Shown here in pieces: positions 17,608 to 32,774 of a DNA stretch of 64,000 nucleotides (its first letter is position 1; the number at the start of each line of letters is the position of its first letter). Where the stretch lies: the NCBI RefSeq assembly GCF_009914755.1, contig NC_060939.1; one strand, given 5' to 3'. The notes under the pieces were generated by a model. It saw only the letters and a list, made by a program, of their open reading frames with translations, did not search any database and was not told the origin of the DNA. The DNA comes from the human T2T-CHM13v2.0 reference genome, Homo sapiens. The translations under genes were made by a program, and so were the position numbers.

Positions 17608-17992
17608 TGTATCAGTTCGAACCTCGAGAGTCGCCAACAAACAACACAAGGCGGTGTAGAGCAACACAGTTTTAAGGCGCACCGCGTGGGGGCAGACAGG
17701 CTGAGGCCTAAAATGGCTCAGCACCTAAGGAGGATGGGGCAGAGATTTTATAGTCTCCTGTAAACAGGAAGTGTCTCAGTCTGATGTAACTGCTACGCCG
17801 TACCCGGACAGCCTTTCTCTCGGTCTTCAGGGGGTACCTGCCTTCCAGCCAGCTAGCTTGCTTCCTGCTTCTGTTATCTTGCTGACGCATGCCGCTGGCG
17901 CAAGTGGTCTTTACTTTGGGACTGGGCCTGAGAAGGGCAGAGTTATTCACCACCCTCCACCACCCCCAGCTTCCAGGCCCAGGGTAAAGTCA
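17608..17992 (-). mobile_element. ERV LTR, family tentative (LTR21-like)
   Basis: Minus strand has TATAAAA and ends CGAACTGATACA; CpG-rich; interrupts MER4-int; no clean TSD. Confidence 0.6.
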
Positions 17993-18822
17993 GTTTCCAT
18001 CTTTTTCCCATTGGGTTTGACCAACTCTACCTGACTTGGTCAAATCCAAAGGAAAGTTCCAAATCATGGGAAACAAGGTCTCTGAATTTGCGAAATCCCT
18101 GCAGCTGAAAAAAAAAGAAACAGAAAAAAAGAAAGAGAGAGGGAGAGAGAGAAAGAAAGAACGAGAGAATGAAAGAACGAGAGAGAGAGAGAGAGAGAAG
18201 GGAAAGGGAAGGGGAAGATTTTGACTATCTGAGGAGTTTTATTTACATGACAAGGCCACCTTTTGCTAGCCAAGCCCAAACTGACAGAGCAATGGCAGCT
18301 GTCCGTGCTGTAGTTCTGTAGCTATGATTCTGCCTCTTGTTTTTTACATGGTGACAGCCTGGGTTTGGTTCCTAAGTCAAGTCCTTTCTAATTTGATATT
18401 TGTGTTACTTTCAAACTATCAGCAGTTTTTCCCAGCAAAAATATGATAATAGGAGATTTAAAAGGATTTTTTAAGAGCTCAATGGTTAAGTCAGCTTAAC
18501 TAAAAGCTAATATCTAAGATATATATACACACACACATATAAGCATATATATATACACACACACTTTTTTCTCTCCTAGGTTCTTGATTTTTGAGAAAAA
18601 GGTTTTTTTCTTCTCAATCCACTGAATTCTGTTTTGTCCATTTACTTCTGCCTGTCTCTCCTTCCTCTTACCACCCTCTGCTGCATGAAGGACATAAATA
18701 GTTCCTAACAGCCTAGGATTCCTTTAAGAAAACAGAGAAGGCGCCAGGTTTCTTTTTGGGAGAAACCTCTGTTTTTCCTTATGGAACCCCAAGAGTGTAA
18801 ACAGACAAGTTCCTCTCAGATC

Positions 18823-19293
18823 TGTAAACCAAAAGTATCTGAGACAGGTCTCAATCAGTTTAGAAGTTTATTTTGCCAAGGTTAAGGTCGAGCCTGTGAC
18901 ACAGCCTTAGGAGGTCTTGAACAACATGTGCCCAAGGTCATAGGGCTACAGCTTGGTTTTACACATTTCAGGAAGGCATAAGATATTAATCAATACATAT
19001 AAGATGTACATTGGTTCAGTCCAGATTCAGAGAGAGTAGATCGTAAATGTTTCTTATCAGACGTAGAAAGTGTTATTATCAGACTGTTCTATCGGTCTTA
19101 AGGTCTGTGTTGATGTTAGTGCTGGTCAGCGGTGCCTGAATTGCAATGGTCAGAGGGTATAATAGGGCATGTCTGACTCCTGCTTCCCATCATGGGCTGA
19201 ACTAGTTTTTCACTTTCATTTTGGAATGCCCTTGGCCAAGAGGAATGATCATTCAGTTGGGTGAGGAGCTTGGAACTTTATTTTTGGTTTACA
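18823..19293 (-). mobile_element. MER4 solo LTR nested antisense in MER4-int
   Basis: TGTAAACCAAAA...TTTTGGTTTACA termini; 4-bp TSD GATC at 18819-18822 and 19294-19297. Confidence 0.9.
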
Positions 19294-19413
19294 GATCTTC
19301 AACTGCTTGTTCTTATGTTACCTGATCTTTTTTTTTTTTTTTTTACCAAAATCGTGATTACCCTGTACAGGGGTTACTCTTGCATATTTTAAGATAATAA
19401 GTGGTGTGGTTTA

Positions 19414-21697
19414 TTTTTTTTTTTTTTAATTTATTTTTTTATTGATAATTCTTGGGTGTTTCTCACAGAGGGGGATTTGGCAGGGTCATGGGACAATAGT
19501 GGAGGGAAGGTCAGCAGATAAACAAGTGAACAAAGGTCTCTGGTTTTCCTAGGCAGAGGACCCTGCGGCCTTCCGCAGTGTTTGTGTCCCTGATTACTTG
19601 AGATTAGGGATTGGTGATGACTCTTAACGAGCATGCTGCCTTCAAGCATCTGTTTAACAAAGCACATCTTGCACCGCCCTTAATCCATTTAACCCTGAGT
19701 GGACACAGCACATGTTTCAGAGAGCACAGGGTTGGGGGTAAGGTCACAGATCAACAGGATCCCAAGGCAGAGGAATTTTTCTTAGTGCAGAACAAAATGA
19801 AAAGTCTCCCATGTCTACTTCTTTCTACACAGACACGGCAACCATCCGATTTCTCAATCTTTTCCCCACCTTTCCCGCCTTTCTATTCCACAAAGCCGCC
19901 ATTGTCATCCTGGCCCGTTCTCAATGAGCTGTTGGGCACACCTCCCAGACGGGGTGGTGGCCGGGCAGAGGGGCTCCTCACTTCCCAGTAGGGGCGGCCG
20001 GGCAGAGGCGCCCCTCACCTCCCGGACGGGGCGGCTGGCCGGGCAGGGGGGCTGACCCCCCCACCTCCCTCCCGGACGGGGCAGCTGGCCGGGCGGGGGG
20101 CTGACCCCCCCACCTCCCTCCCGGACGGGGCGGCTGGCCGGGCAGAGGGGCTCCTCACTTCCCAGTAGGGGCGGCCGGGCAGAGGCGCCCCTCACCTCCC
20201 GGACGGGGCGGCTGGCCGGGCGTGGGGGCTGACCCCCCCCTACCTCCCTCCCGGACGGGGCGGCTGGCCGGGCGGGGGGCCGACCCCCCCACCTCCCTCC
20301 CGGACGGGGCGGCTGGCCGGGCGGGGGGCTGACCCCCCCACCTCCCTCCCGGACGGGGTGCTGGCTGGGCAGAGGGGCTCCTCACTTCCCAGTAGGGGCG
20401 GCCGGGCAGAGGCGCCCCTCACCTCCCGGACGGGGCGGCTGGCCGGGCGGGGGGGCTGACCCCCCCCACCTCCCTCCCGGATGGGGCGGCTGGCCGGGCG
20501 GGGGGCTGACCCCCCCACCTCCCTCCCGGACGGGGCGGCTGGCCGGGCGGGGGGCTGACCCCCCCACCTCCCTCCCGGACGGGGCGGCTGGCCGGGCGGG
20601 GGGCTGACCCCCCCACCTCCCTCCCGGACGGCACGGCTGGCCAGGCGGGGAGCTGACCCCCCCACCTCCCTCCCGGATGGCACGGCTGGCCGGGCGGGGG
20701 GGCTGACCCCCCACCTCCCTCCCGGATGGGGCGGCTGGCCGGGCGGGGGGCTGACCCCCCCCACCTCCCTCCCGGACGGGGTGGCTGCCGGGCGGAGACG
20801 CTCCTCACTTCCCAGATGGGGTGGCTGCCGGGCGGAGAGGCTCCTCACTTCTCAGACGGGGCAGCTGCCGGGCGGAGGGGTTCCTCACTTCTCAGACGGG
20901 GTGGTTGCCAGGCAGAGGGTCTCCTCACTTCTCAGACGGGGCGGCCGGGCAGAGACGCTCCTCACCTCCCAGACGGGGTCTCGCCGGGCAGAGGTGCTCC
21001 TCACATCCCAGATGGTGCGGCGGGGCAGAGGCGCTCCCCACATCTCAGACGATGGGCGGCCGGGCAGAGACGCTCCTCACTTCCTAGATGTGATGGCGGC
21101 TGGGAAGAGGCGCTCCTCACTTCCTAGATGGGATGGCGGCCGGGTGGAGACGCTCCTCACTTTCCAGACTGGGCAGCCAGGCAGAGGGGCTCCTCACATC
21201 CCAGACGATGGGCGGCCAGGCAGAGACGCTCCTCACTTCCCAGACGGGGTGGCGGCCGGGCAGAGGCTGCAATCTCGGCACTTTGGGAGGCCAAGGCAGG
21301 CGGCTGGGAGGTGTAGGTTGTAGTGAGCCGAGATCACGCCACTGCACTCCAGCCTGGGCACCATTGAGCACTGAGTGAAGGAGACTCCGTCTGCAATCCC
21401 GGCACCTCGAGAGGCCGAGGTTGGCGGATCACTCGTGGTTAGGGGCTGGAGACCGGCCGGCCAACACAGCGAAACCCGGTCTCCACCAAAACCAGTCAGG
21501 CGTGGCGGCGCGTGCCTGCAATCGCAGGCACTCGGCAGGCTGAGGCAGGAGAATCAGGCAGGGAGGTTGCAGTGAGCCGAGATGGCAGCAGTACAGTCCA
21601 GCTTCGGCTCCGCATGAGAGGGAGACCGTGGGGAGAGGGAGAGGGAGAGGGAGAGGGAGACGGAGAGGGAGAGGGAGAGGGAGAGGGAGAGGGAGAG
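19414..21697 (-). mobile_element. Full-length SVA retrotransposon (SVA_F-like)
   Basis: Poly(A) at ~19414-19440, SINE-R ~19441-19940, GC-rich VNTR ~19940-21270, Alu-like domain ~21270-21630, (CCCTCT)n hexamer 21631-21697. Confidence 0.97.
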
Positions 21698-22268
21698 CTG
21701 CATTCCTTTTCTTAAAGTTCTTAAGTGATATACTCAAGATGGAGTACTCTGTAATGATCTGGCCCCAACTGACATTTTCCAGCTCACCTTCTGCCCCTTC
21801 TGGACATGCCCTGACCAAGTTACCTCAATGTTGTGTTCCTGATACAATATCATGTCATTATCTTCCATACTTTTGTCTCTTTGCATATGTAATTCCTTTT
21901 GCATAGAATGTGTTTCCCTTGTCAGCCTGGCTGGCTTAAGACAATTGAGATCTAGGAAATTTGCCATAACTTCCTTCGGCAGGTTTGAGGTAGTTTTCTC
22001 TTATTTTCCCATACTGGCCAATCTATAGAAATTATGATAATAATGTATTACATGTATACTATACGCTAGTCCCTCTGAGGCTAATTATTAGTCTATGTAG
22101 ATTGGCATCTCAGTAAAGAAATTGAGCTGAAGAGAGGTTAAGTGACTTCCTGAAGTCTTCATGGTTAATCCCTTTCCAGTGTCAGGTATCAAACCTAGGT
22201 CTCATGGCCCAGTGGTGCGATCTCGGCTCACCTCAACCTCCGCCTCCCTGGTTCAAGCAATTCTCCTC
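21698..22268 (-). mobile_element. 5'-transduced sequence carried by the SVA (L2, MIR and Alu fragments)
   Basis: TSD AGTGGTGTGGTTT(A) at 19400-19413 recurs at 22269-22282 rather than beside the hexamer; MER4-int resumes after it. Confidence 0.88.
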
Positions 22269-22844
22269 AGTGGTGTGGTTTAAACACTTAGAGAAATATC
22301 TTTGTAACAGTGCACCGTTAAGCACATTACATGGCCTAGTCCCATGATGTCACTCTGTTTGGAGAACTAGGATTCAGTGTGGGCTCCACCCAGAGCTCAG
22401 AGGTCCAGTTAAAAGATAGAGAGTAAATTTAAAACTACCTATCTAAACAAAATTTGTCTCCTTATCAAATCCTATGGTATTTTTCTATCATTTTATGTTT
22501 GGCTTGGTATCCCTTTTTAATCTCCTGCTAACACACCTAGACTTCGTCTGTACTTTGAGATGTAAATTTCACTCTCTGATTTTCACTTAGAGTTGTTCCT
22601 TTGGTATGCAAATTTAGAGGTATCTAGCTGACAATTGCCTAGGGAAATGACACGGATTATCAAGAAATTAGAACTCTAAAATAGGAGACTGAAAAGGGGA
22701 GTCTTATGAATCTATGAGCTTCTATCTGCATGTCTAATAAGTCCATGTATTTATGTGTCATGTATATGATGTTTCACTACCAAAAATATATAAAAGAGCT
22801 CTAATTAATTGACTTTTTTAAAAAAGCTCTTAAATACTTTATCA

Positions 22845-23143
<299 letters not shown>

Positions 23144-23330
23144 TTATCAGAAAAATAGGAACTTTAAGCCCAAATGCTTTCTCAAGTTCATGTGACTTAA
23201 GTAAATCCTTAATAAGCTGGTTTTAATAGATAAAATTAGAAATGTCTTCAGAATTCTTAACATACATTATTGTTTAGATTCGTTGGTCAAGTGGTTTCAT
23301 ATTTATCTCTCCTAAATATTATAAGGTGTC

Positions 23331-23792
<462 letters not shown>

Positions 23793-23808
23793 TTAGGTAA
23801 ACACTTGA

Positions 23809-24451
<643 letters not shown>

Positions 24452-24935
24452 GTTGTAACTTGCACCAGCCCAGGTATATAAAAGGAGTTAAAATTTGTTT
24501 TGTTCCCATATCCTTTCTTGTTCCCCAAGACCATTAGTTCCTCAAGAGAAATTACAGTCTCTTCCTTCTTTGTGATCACAGTGCCTGGCTTACAGTAGGT
24601 GCTCAATAAATGTTACAGACGCATCATGTTCTCAAGCTCTTGCTGAACCTAGACCCAGCCTCCCTTTCAAAGAAGACTGTTCTGCCAGGTACTTCACTCA
24701 GTGTCCTACTTCTTTGCTCAAGTCCCTGGGCCCTTGGACCTCCTGAATTTCCACCACTACTGCAGGGATCAGATCTTTCAATTCTCTAGTTTTCTTCCAC
24801 TGATGAAACTTTTGGTTCCAGTCTTTAAGTCTGCTAGCAAAAGACAAAACAAACATACAAACAAAAAACCAGCAATAGACAGGTTAACAGGAAAAAAAGC
24901 ATACAAATTTATTTGCATGGGAATGGGAAGCAGGG

Positions 24936-26126
<1,191 letters not shown>

Positions 26127-26175
26127 GAGGCATCACAGAAAAGCGAATACCCAGTAACCCAATGACATTCTCTAA

Positions 26176-26870
26176 TCATTACTGTTTAAGGAATGGGACA
26201 TGTTTGAGAAATGCACCATTAGGCAATTTCATCATTGTGAGAACATCATAGAGTGCCCTTACACAAACCTCGATGGCATAGCCTACCACACACCTAGGCT
26301 ATAGGTATAGCCTATTACTCCTAGGCTATAAACTTTACTGTATGTTACTGCACTGACTACTGTAGGCAACTGTAACACAATGGTGAATATTTGCATATCT
26401 AAACATGTCTAACTGTAGAAAATATGTTACACTATGACATTACCAAGGCTAGGAGTCACTAGGCGATAGAAATTTTTCAGCTCAGCCAGGCCTATGGCCT
26501 CACACCTGTAATCCCAGCACTCTGGGAGGCCAAGATGAGAGGATCACTTGAGGCCAGGAGTTTAATACCAGCTTGGGCAACATAGTGAGACCCCTGTCTC
26601 TACAAAAAAATTTAAAAAATTAGCCCAGTATGATGGCATGCACCTATAGTCCCAGTTACTCAGAGGCTGAGGCAGAAGGATTGGTTAAGCCTAGGAGGTC
26701 CAGGCTGCAGTGGGCCATGAATCAGGCCACTGCACTGCAACCTGGGCAAGAGTGAGACCCTGTCTCAAAAAAAGAAAAAAAAAAATTGGCTCCATTTTAT
26801 TCTCATGGGGCCACCATTTTACGTGTGGTCTGTCATTGACTGAAACATCCCTACCCATCACATGACTGTA
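26176..26870 (+). mobile_element. Tigger3-family DNA transposon with AluJ insertion
   Basis: GAGAAATGCACCATTAGGCAATTTCATCATTGTG...CATGACTG-TA. Confidence 0.75.
26484..26785 (+). repeat. AluJ
   Basis: Alu consensus match. Confidence 0.9.
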
Positions 26871-27619
26871 TATCCTTCTTCATGGGGGTGAGGGAAGTGG
26901 GATATATAGGCCAACATACAAATGGTTATGAAAGAAAAAAAGAAGATGAGCCTTCAGAAGAATAGGTAATAGACTGTCTGGATGAAATGTCAACTTTAAT
27001 CTCTCCTAGGTTTGAGTCCTCATGTTAATCTTCCTGATAGATACAAATTTCTAGGGAGGGTTTTCATGACAATTGGCTTCCTTCTGGAGAATCTACCTTT
27101 ACTCAGATAAGGGAAATTCAGGAAAAGCCCCTCTGTGTATCCATTGTTTTCCCAGAAGCCTTCAGTTTGAAGCAATCAGCATACCAATGTGGCATTTTGG
27201 GGGGTGATATCTCCTGGGTTCATTCAAAATATTAGCAACATGCTTGGCAGCTTAACTCCCTCATTGCAATACTCAAGAAGGTACTGCGGATATTATTCCT
27301 TACCTGGAACAAAATCTTCTTAGTCAATGAGCAATTTCATAGGGTGGTGCAAAATATTACTTTTTATTTTTCCCATAAGGGTAGGCTTGCATAGAGATCC
27401 AAGCATCCCTTTTTCTCTCTGGTATTCCTCCCTTTCCCTTTTTTGTCCTCTCTGCCCTCCCTGCAAGCCTGGTGCCACCCTGACAGCTGCCACGTGTGGT
27501 CCTGGAAACTTGTTCCTGGTTCCATCCTAGAGGAGTGGGCAGAGATGGGGACTCACCTACTCTAGGGGGCTTGGGTCTTTCAGATTCACCAAGGTGAGAA
27601 TCTGCAGGCAGACAAACCT

Positions 27620-27921
27620 TTTTTCTTTTTCCTTTTTTTTTTTTTTTTTTGAGATGGAGTCTCTCTCTGTTGCCAGGCTGGCACGATCCCGGCTCACTGC
27701 AACCTCTGACTCCCTGGTTCAAGTGATTCTCCTGCCTCAGCCTCCCGAGTAGCTAGGATTACAGGTATATGCCACCACGTCCAGCTAATTTTTTTTATTT
27801 TTTAGTAGAGCCGGGGTTTCACCATGTTGGCCAGGATGGTCTCGATCTCCTGACCTCGTGATCCGCCCGCCTCAGCCTCCGAAAGTACTGGGATTACAGG
27901 CGTGAGCCACAGCGCCAGGCC
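27620..27921 (-). repeat. AluSc-like
   Basis: TSD AAACCTTTTT. Confidence 0.93.
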
Positions 27922-28699
27922 AAACCTTTTTTCATGACCTCTCCTAACCTGACTTTGCCTCATTATCATGCTAAAAATTTCTTTTCTACTAGGGTGGGAG
28001 GGGAAAGAACAAAAGTAGGGTGTCCTACACCAGACAGATCCCTCTAATTATTTACAAGCCTCAGTTGATTCATACTTGCAAAATGGCTCTGGAAAATTTC
28101 AAATGGTTTATTAAATTTTCCATCCTCATACTGAGCATGTCCTACCTGGCAAGCCTGTGTTGGATGCCAACGGAACATGAAGGTGACCAGGAGAAGCTCT
28201 AAGTCCCATGGGGAAACAAGCTCATCCAGGACTAACAAAGCACAAGTGCCCAGTGCCCATCTCAACAAAACCACAGTGGCTCTCAGAGACAGGTCAGACT
28301 GCTTGAATCACACACAGCACACTCTGAATGTCTCTCCGTAAGGCCTTCTGGCTGCAGATTTAATGCCTTTCAGCTGCCAGGGATGTCAGCCGAACTCTCA
28401 AAACCCCATGCCAGAGAAAACTCTATTTTCTCCATGAAGAAGCACGTGGATGCCCACTTGCTGCCTGAACTCCCTGAAGGATGTGTTTGGAAGGGAGGAT
28501 CGGGAGGGTCTCCCAACACCCTCCCCCTTCTGAGTTAGCACCGAACCTTGGTTCCTGCATTCCTGGGGTGACAGTCCCCTGCTTGCTTTCCAGTACCTCC
28601 CAGAGAACTCCTGCACAATTGCTGTCCTGAACTTCCCCGGGGGGACCCATAGCCTTCTTCTTACCCTCTGCAAGTATTATGACCATTTTCCCCTATGCT

Positions 28700-29649
28700 G
28701 CGACTGGGGCACAAAAGATGCTCCTCCAAATTGGAGGCCTCAAGGGCAGCCTCAGAAGCAAAAGTTTCGATCTCATCTTCTCCTGCCTCTTGTTTCTGGC
28801 CCCCAAGGCTAGCCACAGAAACTAGAGTCTCTCTTCCCCAAAGCAGGTCTTAGAAACCAAACCCCTCTTCCCCAAAGCCAGCCATCAAACCCCAAAATAT
28901 TACTCTAACTTCCTCCCTTTTTCTGTGTAAAACATGGCTGTAAAGAAATCATCTGACCAGGCCAGGTGCAGTGGCTCATGCCTATAATCCCAGCACTTAG
29001 TCAGGAGGAGGCAGGTGGATGGCTTGAGCCCAGCGGTTCCAGATGAGCCTAGGCAACATGGTGAAACCTCCTCTCTACAGAAAACTTAAAAATTAGCCAG
29101 GTGCAGTGGTGCATGCTCTGTGGTCCCAGCCACTGGGTATGCTGGGGCGGAAGGATCACCTGGGTCTGGGAGGTCAAAGCTGCAGTGAGCCAGGATCACA
29201 CCACTGCACTGCAGGCTGGGCAACAGAATGACCCTGTCTTAAAAAAAAAAAGAAAAGAAATTATCTAACCTACTTTGTTTGATAGTAGGTCACAAGATCC
29301 CCGTTCCAGAGAGGGTCTTGCCCCATACCCAGAAGGAAGGAATGCTGCGTAGAGAGGCCAAGAAGAAAATATACAGACAGCACTTGCTGCATTTCCCCAC
29401 TCAACCTATTAGCATTAGAGTTTTGTCCAATCATAGTTCTGCACAACCACTCATACTTTTCTGAACCTAAGCATAAAAATAGACAGCTTCCCCTGTATCT
29501 TTGGGGTCTTCATTCTGAAGGTTCCTCTGTCACATAAAATTGTGATCAAATAAGTTTGTATGCTTTTTGGCCTGTTAGTCTGCCTTTTGTCAGTGATTCT
29601 CAGTGGACCTTCAGATGGCAAAGAGAATGTTTTTCTCTTGGCCCCTGCA
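28700..29649 (+). mobile_element. MER39 LTR containing an AluJ
   Basis: CCCCATACCCAGAAGGAAGGAATGCTG core; ends TTGGCCCCTGCA. Confidence 0.8.
28960..29260 (+). repeat. AluJ
   Basis: Alu consensus match. Confidence 0.9.
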
Positions 29650-29874
29650 CCACTGGGAAAGGCTGCAGGCTGCATTGCCTCTACAAGGCTGCCATCTGCA
29701 GCTGCTTCAAGTGGGCTGTGACCTACGTTGGGGCACTCCATTCTCGGGGTACCGGACCGGACCTACATCCAGAACACTGATGTCTCTCCTTGCCATCCCC
29801 CACAGGACAGGCCCATGCTGAAGATGCCCTGGGCCATGTCCCCCTGGTACCACATTTGGGGGCCGACGTCCCAG

Positions 29875-30420
29875 TGTCAGAGGCATTTGAACCAGAGCAA
29901 CTCCATCTTGAATAGGAGCTGGGTAAAATGAGACTGAAACCTACTGGGCTGCATTCCAGACAGTTACACATCCTAAGTTGCAGGGTGAGATAGGAGATTG
30001 GTACAAGATACAGGTCATAAAGATCTTGCTGATAAAACAGGTTGCAGTAAAGAAACCGGCCAAAATCCCCCAAAACCAAGATAGCCACAAGAGTGACCTC
30101 TGGTCGTCCTCATGGCTACACTCCCGCCAGCGCCACGACACTTTACAAATGCCATGGCAACGTCAGGAAGTTACCCTATATGGTCTAAAAAGGGGATGCA
30201 TGAATAGTCCACCCCTTGTTTAGCATATATAATCAAGAAATAACCACAAAAATGGGCAACCAGTAGCCCTCAGGGCTGCTCTGCCTCTGGAATAGCCATT
30301 CTTTATTCCTTCACTCCTTTATAAACTTGCTTTCAGTCTACAGACATGCCTGAATTCTTTCTTGGGTTAGATCCAAGAACCCTCTCTTGAAGTTTGGATC
30401 AGGACCTCTTTCTGGTAACA
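29875..30420 (+). mobile_element. MER41A solo LTR
   Basis: TGTCAGAGGCATTTGAACCAGAGCAACTCCATCTTGAATAGG...CTGGTAACA; lacks the tandem TTCCGGGAA sites of MER41B. Confidence 0.88.
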
Positions 30421-30564
30421 CTTGGGTTGAGTGTGGACCCCAGCCAACACAAAGCTCTCTCCTCTCCCCACCTGCCACCAACAGGCCCCTCTATTTTTGC
30501 TCTTCCGGCAAAGTTTCTCCCAGCAGAGGCTGGGCTACAGCCTGCTCCTCTCCCGGCTTCATCA

Positions 30565-31355
<791 letters not shown>

Positions 31356-31850
31356 ATCCTCCTCACCTTCATCAAATCTTTTTATTGTGAGCATTGAGGC
31401 AGCCCAGCTCCTCCACGGCCGGCAACACTGGGCATACGCCCTCCCCACTGCCAAAGAGGAAGAGGAAGATCAGCTCCACAGACGCTGCTGCCAAGGAAGA
31501 GCCCAGGAGGAGGTTGGCACGGTTGTCAACTAACCTGCTCTTGCAAAAGTGGAAACAAAGCTGAAACAGGCAGCAGAGAAGGATAAATCTTCGGACAAAA
31601 AAGTGCAAACAAAAAGGGAAAGGGGGGCAAAGGGAAAACAGGCTAAGTGGCTAACTAGGAAACTAAAGAAGATTTACCTGCAGAAAACGGAGAAACTAAA
31701 ATCAGCCTCTGATGAAGCTGGAGAGAAGGAAGCCAAGTCTGATTAAATCACATACCATGTTTTATCAGTGGTCCCCATCTCCCTTTTTGTACAATCGAGT
31801 ATATATTTTCATCAACTATTTTGTAAATGCAAGTTTACAAAATAATAGTG

Positions 31851-32201
<351 letters not shown>

Positions 32202-32456
32202 TAAGTGTAAATGCTTATTTTAAAAAGGTGAAACCATTTGCTGCTTGTTTGTTTTTTGGTACAACCAGAAAATAGTGTGGGCTATTGAATTCTGGGAGGC
32301 TTTGACTGTCTTGGGTGTCAGCTTAACATTCCATAGATGGAGGGTTAGTGTTTATATCCTATAATAGAAAGCATACTAAATGGCAATATGGAGTCACAGT
32401 CCTGCATTTAATGTCCTGGGCATTTTAAATTACTTCTATTCCCATGTTGTTGTTAA

Positions 32457-32774
<318 letters not shown>

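Noticed and set aside
19940-21270. Repeat array that might be taken for CRISPR
   Set aside because: Contiguous VNTR units with no unique spacers, in eukaryotic DNA with no cas genes
19905-21906. Long Pro/Gly/Arg-rich ORFs (up to 202 aa) and GR/GE/LP dipeptide ORFs
   Set aside because: Artefacts of the stop-poor SVA VNTR and hexamer; several begin at non-ATG codons
21698-22268. SVA_F1 MAST2 exon-1 leader
   Set aside because: The segment is AT-rich L2/MIR/Alu sequence and the hexamer is retained, unlike SVA_F1
29875-30420. Interferon-inducible MER41B enhancer
   Set aside because: The tandem TTCCGGGAA GAS motifs are absent; the structure matches MER41A
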